DNA from: Cyanophora paradoxa CCMP329
Lineage: Eukaryota; Plantae; Glaucophyta
DNA: 50,032 nucleotides
Direction of reading: 5' to 3'
NCBI GenBank assembly: GCA_004431415.1
Contig: QPMI01000001.1
Coordinates: 1-50,032, forward strand
The translations under genes and the position numbers were made by a program. Below, one piece after another: positions 22,006-34,229 of the stretch (position 1 is its first letter; every line of letters begins with the position of its first letter). Under the pieces are notes generated by a model. It searched no databases. It saw nothing but the letters and a program-made list of their open reading frames with translations, and was not told where the DNA came from.

Positions 22006-25000
22006 CTAGATCCAGGAGGCGTGCTGGCCGGGGGTCCAGGAAGCCTCGCGGAGGGCGCGGGGCCGCCACCCGATGGCGTCGGCGGCGGCGCGGGCCTCGG
22101 CGTGGGCGGCCGAGCCGGGCGGGCCCTCCCGCGCGAGCTTCATGCACGTCACCGCCTCGAAGAGGCGCAGCTCGAGCCGCTGGAACTCGGACCGCGCCGC
22201 CTGCAGCGCCGCCGTGCGGCGCGCTCCGCGCGGGGTCTGCTCGGCGCGGGCGAGGGCGGCGAGAGCGGAGAGGATGGGGAGGGCGTGTGCCGCGCCGAGG
22301 AGAAGAGGAGGGAGCTCGCCTCGCGCACCAGCGCGTGCGCCGTCTTCAGCGAGATCGGCGCCCGCGGCGTCGCCGCGTGCAGCAGGTACGCCGGCCCCGC
22401 ATGCGGCTGCCGCTCCCCGTGCCCGTGTCCCGCCCGGCCGCCTCGCCGGGGCCGTCCTCCGGAGCCGGCGCCGGGGCGACCTTGGCCTTGCCGCGGAGGC
22501 TCACGGCGGGGGGCCCTGCAGGGGCCCCGAGGGGAGGGCCTTGGGCGGCACGAAGGGCACCTCGTTCGCCGACCACGCGCTGCTCCGCCGCGAGCCGACC
22601 CCTGCGCCCGCGCGCGGCGTCAGCTGCAGAAAGAAGCGGGCCGGAGGGCGCGGGGCGGGGCGGGGCGGGCCGTCCATCTCGTCCTCGAGGCCGAGGTCGC
22701 GGAGGTCGGGGCGGCAGCAGAGGAAGCCGATCTCCACGCGCGTCCCCGCCGCCGCCTCCCGCCCCTCCGTCTCCGCCAGCATCGCCATCCCGAAGTCGAA
22801 GACCGCCGCGTACACGTAGCTGCGCACGCCCGACCCCGCCCCTCAGCGGGGCCGGCGGGGGCGGGGCGGGGCGGGGCTCGCATGTTGAAGGCGAGAGAGC
22901 GGCGGGCGTTGGGGCGCCAGAGGTCGAGGGCGGTGCGCGTGCGGCGGGCCATCTCGCCGATGTCGCCCCGCACCCGCCACGCGTACAGCCCCGAGAGCAC
23001 CTCCAGCCCGATCCTGCCCGCCCGTGCCGTAAGCCAGGCGGAGGCGGGGCCAGCGGGGCGGGGGCGAGAGCGGGGCGGGGCGCGCCGCTGCCACCAGAGG
23101 AGGGGCTCCTCGGCGCGCGCCGCGATGCTCGAGGCGAGCTGCAGCGTCTCCAGCAGCCGCGCGTCCTCCCCCTGCGCCCCGGGCGTCGCCGGCGGCCTCG
23201 GCCCGGGTCGAGGCCGCGGGGGTACCTGGAAGAAGGCGACCCAGCCGAGGGTCGTCGTGATGTGCAGCATGCCCCGCATCCCCGCCCGCTCCACCTGCCC
23301 CCGCGCAGCTCAGCTCAGGCGGGCCGGGCTCCGAGGGGGCGGGGGGCGCGCGGGCGCCGCGCCTCGGAGAGGAGGAGGCGGGCGCGCTCGAGGACGTCGC
23401 CGAAGCGGCCGAGGAGGGAGAGGGCCCCGATCCCCACCGAGCTCGACTCCCAGTACTGCGCGAGGCGCGGGGCGGGGCAGGGCGGGGCCGGCCGGCGGTC
23501 AGGAGGGGCGGGGGCCTCCTCTTCTTCTAGGGACTCGGGGCGGCGGGCCTTGAAGAAGCTGGAGCGGGAGGCGAGCTCGGCGGCCGCCTCGCACGACTCG
23601 ACGCAGTCGCGCAGCCGCCCCAGCACCAGCAGGTTCCACCCCCGCTGGCCCATGATCGCCGCCCGCAGCTGCGCCCCCTCAGCGCCGCGCGCATGCGGGG
23701 CCGGGTGAAGGGGCGGGGGCCGGGGGCGGGCCTGCTCGTCGGCGGGGAAGGCGTCGAGGATCTCCTCGGCGTAGCCCATGAACTTCATGGAGGGCCCGCG
23801 GAAGCCGAGCAGGTAGAGCAGCGAGGTCATGTACGCGAAGACCCGCCCGTGCAGCGCCGTCTGCGCCCGCCCGGCTTAGGCTCACGCGGGGGCCTGCGCC
23901 TCGCCCAAGCCAGAGCGGCGCGCACGACGGCGGGGCGGTGAGGGCGAGCTCGAGCGCCCTCAGGTACGAGTGGAGGCCCTTGGTGATCAGGTGCACGCTC
24001 CCGCCCTGCGCGCCCCCGCGCCCGCTTCAGCGCTCCGCGCGGAATGTAGGGGAAATGTCGGGGCGGCCGCGGCGGGCGGGGCGGACGACGAGGTGGATCC
24101 AGCCGTGGTCGAGGAGCGTCTCGATGACGGGCTCGCGCCGCTCCTCCGCCGAGCCGGGCGCCGGCGGGGGGGCCCCGGCCGCCGCGCGCAGCGTCTCCAT
24201 CGGGGGCCTCCGCCGCAGCAGTCGGAAGAGGCGCACCGCGAGGCCTGCCCCACCCACCCGCGCGCTCGATCCGAGGCCGCGCCTGGGGCGGGGGCGGGGC
24301 GCACGGAAGCCGAAGAGGCGGCCCTCGTAGCTGGCGGGAGGGGCTCGCCGAGGGACGGAGGAGCATCTGCTCGCGGATGGCGTGCGCCCGCGGGAAGAAC
24401 GAGCGCCCCTGCTCGATCGCCGCCCACAGCGCCTGCGGCCCCGGCCCCGGCAGCTGAGATCTAGAACCAGACCGCGCCGCCGCCTCGGGCCCGCGGGCTC
24501 TCGCGCACCAGCATGCGGTCTCGGAAGGCCTTCCACCGCCTCTGCTCCTCCGCGGGGCGCGGCGGCGGCGGCGGCCTGCCGCCCAGCCCGCACCCGTCAG
24601 CCGGGCCGGCGACGCCGGGGCGGGGCCGGTGCGGGCGGGCGGGCGGGCCTGCTGAGCAATGTTGCGCAGAGGGGCCGCATGTCGTCGGCGAAGAGGATGC
24701 GGGGCCGGGCGCAGGGCGGCCCCGCGAGCCCGAGGCCGTCCACCATCCGCACCGCGTCGCGGCAGAAGCGCGACGCCTCCGCCAGCGCGTGCGTCCGGTT
24801 CGCCTGCCCCGCCCCGCGCTCATGATGAGCTTCGCTGGGGCGGGGTCGGGGCGGGGGGGCGCCTTGCGGGCGGCGCGCTCGAGGGCGGGAGCGCCCTCTC
24901 GCACGCCTCCGCCTCGATGTAGTGCGATCTGCGCCGTCCCGGCCCGCCCCCGCGCCCCCGCTCGGCGCCGCGCCGCGCGATCCGCATCGATCCAGGGGGC

Positions 25001-28000
25001 CCCCGCACGCGATCAGGCTGTCGGCGAGGGCGTCGCCGCCGCTGCTCTCGAGGTACTCGGCGATCGCGAAGTGCGCCTGCCGCCGGTTCGCCTTCGGCAT
25101 CGACCCGTACACCTGCGCCGACGCCGACGCGCCCCGCGGCGTCGGCGCGGAGCGAGCGGGGGGAGCGGGAGAGCCGGGGGAGGGGGGTGGGGGCGCACGG
25201 CCTCCTGGAGGAGCGCGTGGGAGAACTCGAAGAGGCGTTTCCGCGCCCCCGCCCCCGCCTCCCCGGCCCCGTCCTCCCCCGGCCCATCCTCCCCCCTTCC
25301 CGAACTTGGCCGACCCGCCGGGCTCGTGCACACTCGCGTCCTCCTCCACGCTGCGCCCCCGGCGCCGTCAGCGGCGTGCGCAGTCTGTGCCGCGCCGGCC
25401 CGGACCTGATGTCTAGGACTTGCAGGCGGGAGTCGGTGCTGCGCCCGGCGTCAGGCGGGGCGGGGCGGCGAGAGCGCGGGGGCCGGGGCGGGAGGGGCGC
25501 CTGCGGGCCGAGTCCTTGGCGCCGCCGAGCTTGTTGACGGGCTGCACGATCCCTTCCCGCCGCAGGTCCCGGAACGCCTCCCCAATCTGCATGCGCGCCG
25601 GGCGCCGCGCCCGCTCGTGAGTAATAATAATAACAGCGGCGCCGGCTTCGGCGGCGGGAGCTCGGAGCGCGGCCGGGCCGGGCTGGGGCGGGCGGGCGGG
25701 CTCGCCTGGGCGCGGTCGAGCTGGAGCTCGGCGGGGCGATGGCGGCGAGGAGGGCCTCGGAGAAGCCGCTGCCGGCGACGGCGGCGAGCTTGGCGACCGC
25801 CTGCGCCGCCTCCGGCAGCCGGTCCACCCGCGAGAGCACGATCTGCCCGAGCGGTCCCCGCGCCCGTCAGGCCGCGCCGCGCGGCTTTCCGTGGCGTTAA
25901 CGGATCTATCTAGATTTGGCGTGGGCGCTGTGCTGGGACTCGGGCGATCGAGGGGAGCGGGACGGAAACGAAGCGGGTGCAGCTGAGCGCGAGGGCGGGG
26001 CGGGGGTGGAGGCGGGGGCGGGCCTGCTGGATGGAATCCGGAACGGTGAGGCGCAGGGAGCTCCCGAGGGGCGCCCCCGCCGCCGTCGTCAGCGACCCGC
26101 CGTCCGCCTGCGCGCGCACGCGTCTTCAGGAGGGGGCCCGGCCCGCGCTGGGCCCGGAGGGGCGCGCTCGCCTCGCGGCGGACGAGCTCGATGAGGTAGA
26201 GGGGACGCCGTTGGCCTTGGCCACGATGGCGTCCACGGCCCCGGGAGCCAGCTCACCGCCAGGTCCGCCCCACACGCTGCAGGCCCGGCGGTCTGGCGGG
26301 GCACGGTTCGGGCGGGGCGGGGCGGGGCGGGGGCGGACGGCGAGGAGGAGGCGGGAGGCGGCCTCCGAGAGGGGCGCCAGGCTGATCACCTCCGCCGGCA
26401 CCTGCAGCTCCGCCTCGGCTCGCCCGTTCGCTCGCCGCGGCGGGGCGAGGCGAGGGGGGGAGGGCGGCTCGCCTGGGGATGGCCGGCGCGGGGACCGGGG
26501 TCGAGCGGCCCTCACCCTGCGGGGGCGTCAGGGCGGGGGGCCGGGGCCGGGGCCGGGGCGGGCGGCCGGGGCCGGGGAAAGACGGACGTCGGAGGAGAGG
26601 TCGCCGGGGCGGGCGAAGCTGGCCGTGTACGCGTTGAACTGCCGCACGATGTTCTCGTCGTCCCGCAGCCCCGCCAGCAGCTGCCCCGCCGCCGCCTCAG
26701 CGCCATCGCGATCGGCGCCGCGCCGCGGGGGGCCGGGGGAGGGGGATCCGTGGGGGAGGAAGGGGAGGAAGGGGGGGGGGGGGGGGACCTGGTAGTCGAG
26801 GGCGGGTCGGGCATCGGGCGCGCGCTAATGATGAGCTGCGCGGGCGGGGGCGCCCCGGTCGGGATAGGGCGCAGAGGGGAGAGCGAGGGAAAGCAAACGA
26901 AAGGGCGGACGAGGATGGAGGGGCAGAGGACGCGGATCTTGCGGAGGCAGACCCATGAGGCCGAGTCCAGCCACTGCGCACGCGCGCCCGGATCCGGGGG
27001 TGAGAGGGGGCCGGAGGGGTCCAAGGGAGAAAGGGGTACAACGACGCTAACAGCAGACGAATAGGGGCGCACGTGGACGTCCTCGACGATGACGGAGACG
27101 GGGCGCTGGCCCTCCCGCCCAGCGCACGCACCAGCCTGCCCCGCCCGGCTCGAAGGCACGACTACAAGGCGGGGCGCGGGGGGCACCGGGCGAGGCTCTC
27201 GGAGACGCGGTTGAGGCGGCGGATGCCGACGAGCGACGCCAGCGCCCCGTTGCTCCTGCGCCCCGCGCGTTCGGCTGTCAGGGCGGGGTCGCGGAAGCTA
27301 GGGGTTCTGATCTCCAGCTTCTTGTGGCTTTATGTGTTTATTTCTTCGTTTTGGGGGCGGACCGGCCGGAGCCGGGCCCGTTGCGGGAGCGGTACGAGGG
27401 CGCCGCCACCGACTCCTCCGAGGAGGCCTCTGCCGCGAACATCGCCCGCCTGCAGCACCTGCCTCAGCGCGGCGGCGGCGGCGGCGCGGGCTGTGGGAGA
27501 GAGGGGGGCGGGCCAGAGGAGCGGGCCGTCGCGCCACCCGTCGAGCCCCGAGTTCCTGCCGCGGGCGTGAGCGCGCGAGGTCGGGGGGCGAGGGGGGCGG
27601 GTGTGGGCGGGCGGGGCACCGGAGGCTCTCGATGAGGGCGGCCTCGGAGGAGGTGTCGGCCGCCGCCGAAAGCAGGCCCCGCATCTGTCCCCGCCGCTCC
27701 AGGCGCGCGGGGGCGGGGCGGGGCGAAGGCGGGGGGCGGGGCGGACCGTCCAGAGGGGCGTGGACTCCTCGAGGCTGCTGGCGCGCGCCACGAGCAGCGC
27801 CGTGCGCCGCACCCGCAGCGCGAAGATCGCCTGCGCGGGGGCGGGGTCGGCGGCTCGCGGGGGCCCTCGCACGGCTCCGGCTGGAGGGGCGGGGAGGGCG
27901 CGCCTGCTGGACGAGGGAGACTTGCCCAGGCCGGCCTCCGCCTCGACCAGCAGCGTCGAGCCGCGCCCTGCCCCCGCCCGCGTCAGAGCCGGCGGGGCGC

Positions 28001-30437
28001 GGGCCGCGGGGCGGGCCCGGGGCGCCGGCGCCTGCGGCGAGGCCCTCGACGGCGGCGGCGATGCGGGAGAGCTCGCGCTCGCGCCCGACGTAGCACGTCT
28101 TCAGGATCGACGCCGCCCGCCGCCGCGTCGAGGCGCCCCGCCTGCCCCGCCCAGCCCGCTCGAGCCGGCCGGCTCGAGACGGGCCGGGAGCTGCGGGGCG
28201 GGGCGGGGCGCACGCGGAGGCGAGGCCGTCGGCGAGGCGGACGGCGCGGAGGGAGCGCGAGGCCACAGCCGAGGGGCGCGCTCGCCGGCGGGGCGGGCGC
28301 GGAAGACGGCGACGGGCTCGGCCCAGCCCTTGAGCTCCACCTCCCCGCGCGACTCGAACGAGACCTGCCGCCCCGCGTTGGCCCGCGTCGGCCCGGCTCC
28401 GGCGCGGGGTGGGGCCCGGCACGATCGGCTCGGACCTCGGCCTCAGGGCGGGCGGCGGCGGCGGCGACGACGGACTCGTCGCAGAGGACGGCGGAGCGGA
28501 GCTCGCCGGCCGCCACCGCCCCCCGCGCCACCACCATCAGCCGCGCCTACCCGCCCCCCGCCCCCCGATTCAGCGGCCGCCGCGGCAAGGGGAATGCCAA
28601 GAGGGGGCGCACGGCCATGTTGACGGCGGAGCCGAGGACGGCGTACTCGCGGCGGCAGCCCGTGCCGAGCTGCCCGCAGAACGCCCGCCCGGAAGAGAGC
28701 TGCGGGCCGGCTGCTCAGCGCGGGCAGGCGGCGGCGCACGTACACGCACCCCGCAGGCGAAGGGGCCCCCGTCTGGCGGAACCACGCCTCCAGGCCTAGC
28801 GCGCTCCGCAGCGCCCGCGCCGCGTCTGCGCGGCGCGCCCGCCGGGGCCGTCGCGCCGATGTCAGATCGGAGCGAGGCCGGCGGCGGGGGCGGGGCGGGG
28901 GCGGGGCGCGGACCGTCCTCGTGGGCGTGGTTGGGGCGCCCCAGACGACCAGCGAGCTCGCGCCCTTGTCGTCGATGAAGACTGGCGGCCCCGGCGGGCG
29001 CGGCGGTGAGGCGCGCGCGAGGGCGGGGCGGGTGGGCGGCGCACCCTTGCAGAGGAGGCCGCCGTAGTCGGCCGCCGCCTGCTGCACGCCCACACCACCT
29101 GCCCCCCGCCCCCAGCGTCAACTCGGATCTTCCCCCTCGCGCCCGCCCGTCTGCCCCGCGGACCTGCTGGAAGCGGGCAGCGTGCGGGGGCGGGGCGCCG
29201 GCGGCGCCGGCGTGGGGCCGGCGGCGAGCGGGGCGGCTAGATCAAGCTCGGGGAAGCCGAAGAAGGCGACGAAGAGGACGCGGATGTCGTTGCGGAAGGC
29301 CTCCGACGAGGGCGCACCCTCCCGCACCACCGCTGCCGGCCCCGCCTCAGCGCGGCGCCTCGCCGGGCGCGCGGGGCGGGGGCGGACGCGGGGCGAAGAG
29401 GGGGAGGACGTCGTCGAGGGCGGAGAGGCCCGGGGCGTCCAGGAGCTCGCCCCCGGCCGCAGCCCCGCACGCGCAGGCCCCGTTCAGAGGCACCCCGCCC
29501 GCGGCGGCTCCGGCGAGAGGAACTGCAGCAGGTGCCCCGCGCCGCCGGCGGCCGGGTGCGCGCGGCAGCGCGAGCCGAGGAGCTCGCGCGCCGCCGGGGA
29601 GAGCAGCACGTCGCCGTCGCCGGCTAGCGGCAGACCCTCGACCACCTGGCCCCGGGCCCGTCGGCCCGGCCCCGCCGGCCCGGCCCCGGCTCGGCTCGAG
29701 CCTGCGCTCGGGCGCCGCGCACCTGGCGGATGGCGTCGCCGGCAAAGGCCATGTGGGCGGCCTTCAGACTGCCCCTGAGGCAGTAGGCGAGGAGCTCGCC
29801 CGAGCCGACGCACTGGTTGACCGCCAGCTTCGGGCCCGAGGCGCGCGCCGCGGCGGCGGCCCGGAGGGCGACGGCGGCGGCGGCGGCGCGGTGCGCGGAG
29901 GCGGCGAGGGCCTCGACGCCGGCGCCGCGGGCCGGGACGAAGCAGAGGAGCGCGTCGCCCGCGAAGAGGCACACGTCCAGCTCGTGCTCGTGCAGGATGC
30001 GGATCAGCTCAGCGAACAGGCCGCCGATCAGCGAGGTCAGCTGCGCGGGGAGCGCGCGCGGGGAGGCGGGTCAGCGGCTCGCGGCGCGGCGCGGCGCGGC
30101 AGGATCCCGGCCCCCGAGTTCGGGGAAGCTTCAGGCCGAGCTCGTACCTCGTCGGCCGCCGAGTGCTCGTCAGAGAGCACCATCTGGCGCGCGAGCTTGC
30201 TGTATCCTTTCACTGCGGCGCGCCGGCTGGCGGTGAGAGAGCACCCCGCGCTGCGTGCCGGCCCCGCGGACCGTCCAGGAAGAGGGCCGAGCCCGTGAGG
30301 CGCGTCACCGTGGCATCCGAGTGCCGCAGCTGCTCCAACTCGCCCCGCTGGAGCCGCAGAAGACGGGACGGAAGGTAGGGGAGGCACCGGGCCAGCAGCG
30401 TGCCGGCGCCCGCCGGCGCCGCCGGGGCGGCAGCCAT
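22006..30437 (-). CDS. Soluble adenylyl cyclase-like protein (ADCY10/bacterial STAND-AC architecture): two class III cyclase domains, STAND P-loop NTPase and helical/TPR-like tail
   Basis: C1: GSALFLD|VKGYS...DVCLFAGDALL. C2: DIRVLFV...VFIDDKG...GRAFCGQLG...REYAVLGSAVNMA|ARLM...LKG. NTPase: VGREREL, EAEAGLGKS (Walker A), VIVEDVH|WLDSAS (Walker B), NGVP, VPDSIQ..SRVDRL, FSHALLQEA|VY. Start and end are approximate. Confidence 0.9.
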
Positions 30438-31010
30438 AGAGGCGCGCGGCGCGGTCGTGCTGGAGGCTGGAGCTCGCAGGCTCACGTACGAGGCCTGCAG
30501 ACTGCAACTGCAACTCTCGCCGCCCTGCCTGATCCAGACACCACTGGGGCCAGCCTGGCAGCGGTTAGCACTGCACCTGCAACCTCAGAGCTCGAGACCG
30601 CGAGGCCGCTTCAGGCCGAGCTCAGGCTAAGGCTAGCTGCAGCCGAGGCAAGCTTCGCTAGCGCTACCGGCGGCGACTCGGCGCCCGCCGCCGCATGCGC
30701 ACCGCCGCCCACGTGATCTTGAAACTTGATGATCTCGAGGGAGCGCCCGGAGCGCCGCACCGCCGCCCGGCGCCCACTTGAGCTTGATGAGGGAGCGCGC
30801 GCGCGCCGCGCAGACGGCGCCGGCGCTGACCCGTACAAGTGGGGTAGAGCGTTTTTGGCGTGGGATACCGAGTACCTATAGCTAGCTAGGAGGAGCCGCC
30901 TAACTATAATTGCAGCAAATTGCTGGCAATCTTTTGCGGCCCGGGGAGCGAAACGCCCAGCTGCGAGAAGGGGTACAGTACGCCCCGGCCCTCGGGGTAC
31001 GCGGCCGGGA

Positions 31011-31080
31011 AGGCCGAGAGAGCGCCAGCTGCAGGCTACAGCTAGCGCTGCAGGCCGAGAGAGCGCCGGCGCCAGCTGCA
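31011..31080. repeat. Tandem direct repeat pair AGGCCGAGAGAGCGCC(GGCGCC)AGCTGCA
   Basis: Copies at 31011-31033 and 31052-31080 are identical except for a 6-bp GGCGCC insertion. Confidence 0.85.
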
Positions 31081-31279
31081 TGAGCTCGAGGAGCTCAAGG
31101 CCCGTCGACGTCCAGCGCCAGCGCTGGCGCCGCCGCGCCGGCCCGCCCGGGCGGCGCGCCGTACGCGTGGCGCGGGCGCGGCCGCGGGCCGGCCCGGCCC
31201 GGCCCACCAGGCCAGTACGGCCGCTGGGCGCCCGTGCACGTGCGCGCCACGGTCTCTACAAAATGCGAATACTCCTCTC

Positions 31280-32038
31280 CTAGGCCTGCCGGAGTGCACT
31301 AGATATCCGCCGCTGAGGCCGCTGGATCGGGATCGCCGCGGGCGGCGCGCCGGCGACCTCGGCGCTGGCGCTGGCGCGGGGCAGGGGCGAGGCGCCCGCC
31401 GCCGCCACCAGCGCCTCCTCCATGGCCAGCTCCTTCCCCGCACCGGCTTCTGCGGCGGATCGAGACCGAGATCGAGGGCCGGGGGCCGGGCCGGCGTGCC
31501 GGGCGGGCGGGCGGACGGCGAGGAAGGCGTCGAAGCCGGCGTCGGCGCACTCGACCCGGTTCCGCGCCCCCACGTTCGCTGCCGGACGTCGACGGGGGCT
31601 CATCGGGCCGGGGCGCCCCGGCGAGCTCGAGATCTGGAGGCTGCTCCGGGCGCACCAGAGAGGGCGATGGCGTAGGGAGGCGCCCCGGGGCAGTTCGGCC
31701 CGCACGCGCCGCAGGCTCTCCAGCCCGTCCATCCGCGGCATCATTATGTCTGCCGCGCGTGCACGTCCCGGCCCGGGCCGGCGCGAAATCGAATCAAATG
31801 CATATGTCAGCACGAAAATTAACCGCGAAAAGTTTTAACTACAAGGCGGAAACGCGAAAACGAGCTGTCGCTCCCACGAGCTGGAGGGGCACCGGAGAGG
31901 AGCTCGAGGACGTCAAAGGATCGCCGCGGGCCTCATGATCAGCGGCCGCCGGACGCGCGCCGCCTCCTGCGCCTCTCGCCCGTCCCATGGCCACGCGTGC
32001 ACGACCCGCGCGTAGCCCAGCTTCCGCAGCTGCACCAC
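31280..32038 (-). pseudogene. Stand-alone, probably decaying receiver (REC) domain copy paralogous to the C-terminus of the neighbouring hybrid kinase
   Basis: VVQLRKLGYARVVHA(WP)WDG...FDVL(EL)LS|DIMMPRMDGLESL...IALS|ANVGARNRVECADAGFDAFLA|KP. It carries several 6-bp insertions and no upstream kinase exons are visible. Confidence 0.65.
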
Positions 32039-33034
32039 CTAAATTAAAGAGCTAGAGGACCCCTTAAGCTTATAGAATAATTTATAATTAGCTATATATA
32101 TATATATGGATACGTATAGGCCAGGGGAGAGCTGGGAGCAGCAAACAGCTGCAGGCGAGCGATGTTGGCCGCCGGCTGCGCTGGCGCTGCGCTGTCGATT
32201 CCCCGCTTTTGCACGCGCTCGGCGTCGACGTGACGCGCCGGCACGCGAAAACCCGCGCTTCGCGCAGCGACAGGACGGAGAGTTTTCACGAGACACGCGC
32301 CCGTCGGTACGCGCCCGTACGCGTACAGTCGAAATGAGTTGGATTCAACCGGCGGGATCGGCGGAGTTTGACCGGCCGCGGCCGGAAATTTTCGCAGAGC
32401 TGCCGGCGAATCACGATTCGCGCGCTCGTCTGTGGACCGACGCATTCCGCGCAGGTAAAACCTCGCACAGAAAACGCCACTAGTACTAGTACTGCTCTGA
32501 TTTATACGGCATGGCCGCTCGCGATCGTGCGCAGCGGCCGAAATCGTGGTGCTTCGGAGGTGCGATATGCATGCGCGCAAGCCCCGGCGCGCGGCCCGGA
32601 GACGGCCGGGCCGGGGTCTTGGCGGCGCTGGCGCCGGCCGAGCGCGAAAATAGCTAATGTAACCCCGATTCAGCTTGGGCGCTCGCATTATCTGTGCAGA
32701 TGCAGGGCCGGGCTTCCCTCGCGGCATGCGCGTCCGATCTAGGGCGCTGTTGAGCCGGTGAGCGGGCGCTCTAATTTAATTTAATTTAAATTTACTATTC
32801 TTTAGATCTGCGAACGATAGGACTGCATGCGCACCTGGGCCGGGGCTCTAGCTATAGACCTTCGCAACCGTCAATGTTTGATCGTGACGCCGTATGCAGT
32901 TCGACCGCCTCACTTCGATCTGGGCGGGGACGTCTCTGCTTTCCTCTTCGTGCGCACATTTCGAATTCGAATTCTTTTTTTAACGCGATCGGATATCATA
33001 CCGTTAGCCTCATCAAGCCTTTCGCAGGACGCCT

Positions 33035-33900
33035 CTGCCGCATCCGCGGCGTCGCCTTGCTGGGAGATGAGGTCCCGCGGCCCGGCCCGGCGCCCCAGCT
33101 AAAGTCTGCAGGCGCCACTCGGCGAGCGGTTTCGATTTCGAGGGGCGCGCAGCTTCGTGCGGGCGGCGCTGGCGGAAGACTCCCTCGACGTCTTCCTGCC
33201 CGCCCCGCCCCCGGGCCTCGCCCGTGTCCACGTCGCCCCGGGGCCCGACGCCGTCCGCCGCGCCCTTCCTATAGCTATACTTAGCGCGAAAATCACTTCT
33301 CGGGATCCCGTCGACGTCGAAGTCACAATTCTCGCAGCGGGACACGCAGCTAGCGGTGCGGCGGCTCCAGCGGTTCCTCTGGCGCCGCGAGGCAGTACGC
33401 CCTCACTGCTGGTTTTAATTCGAATTGAAGATTTTAATTTGTAAATTCTTTTGTAGTGTGCCGAGTGGCCGGCGGGCGGCGAGCCGACGCCCTCGAGAGA
33501 TGGTTCGCCGTCAACCGCGCCCGCCAGGTCTGCCGCGAAAATGGAAATCTAGATCCGCGAAACTCGATGCCGCGAAATTCGGTCAATTTAATTTTGCAGT
33601 TACATGAAGTTCACGTGCGATTAATATTACACGAATCGCAGATCCTGGAGGGGCGGCTGCGGGAGGTGCGGGCCCTGGCGGCGGCCCTCCTCGAGCGCCG
33701 CGCCCTCTCGGGCCGCCAGGTCGAGCCCCTCTCGCCCCGTCCCGCCCATCGAACCAGCTCCCTCGCCCTTCGCCGAGGCGCTGTTGCAGGTGGAGTGGAT
33801 CGTGCGGGGGGCGGCGGGGCGGGCGAAGGCGGAGGGGGCGGAGGAGCCGGCGCGCGCGGAGAGGAAGAAGACCGCCGGCCGCGCAGCGATGGCCGCCTGA
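33035..33900 (+). pseudogene. Peptidase M41 (FtsH protease-domain)-like C-terminal fragment, multi-exon
   Basis: Spliced DVFL|AGHAA...RARQ|ILEGRLREVRALAAALLERRALSGRQ|VEWIV resembles the M41 LAG.AAE and 'lA.aLle..tl.g.ev' motifs. No HExxH found. Confidence 0.4.
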
Positions 33901-34229
33901 TATCGATGGTGAAAGCAGCTGCAGCCCGGGGGCCGAATTCGAAGCGAGCCTGGTCGAAGTCAACTTGGAAGGGCTCTCCAAGGCGCTATAGCTTGGCGAA
34001 ATATTAATTGCACGATATATCAGCTAGCGCTAGCTATATTGATGTTCAATATCAGGCTTCAGACACAGGCTTCAGCTAGACAATAAGCTGGGCTGGAGAA
34101 ATTTCAGTGACTCGCAACTGAACAACACGGGGCTTCAAATAGATTACTTGTGCCGCCATATCTTGCTTGTCGACACGAAACGGAAAGCTTATTTACAATT
34201 TAGCTGTTTACAATTTAGCTGCGTGTGCA

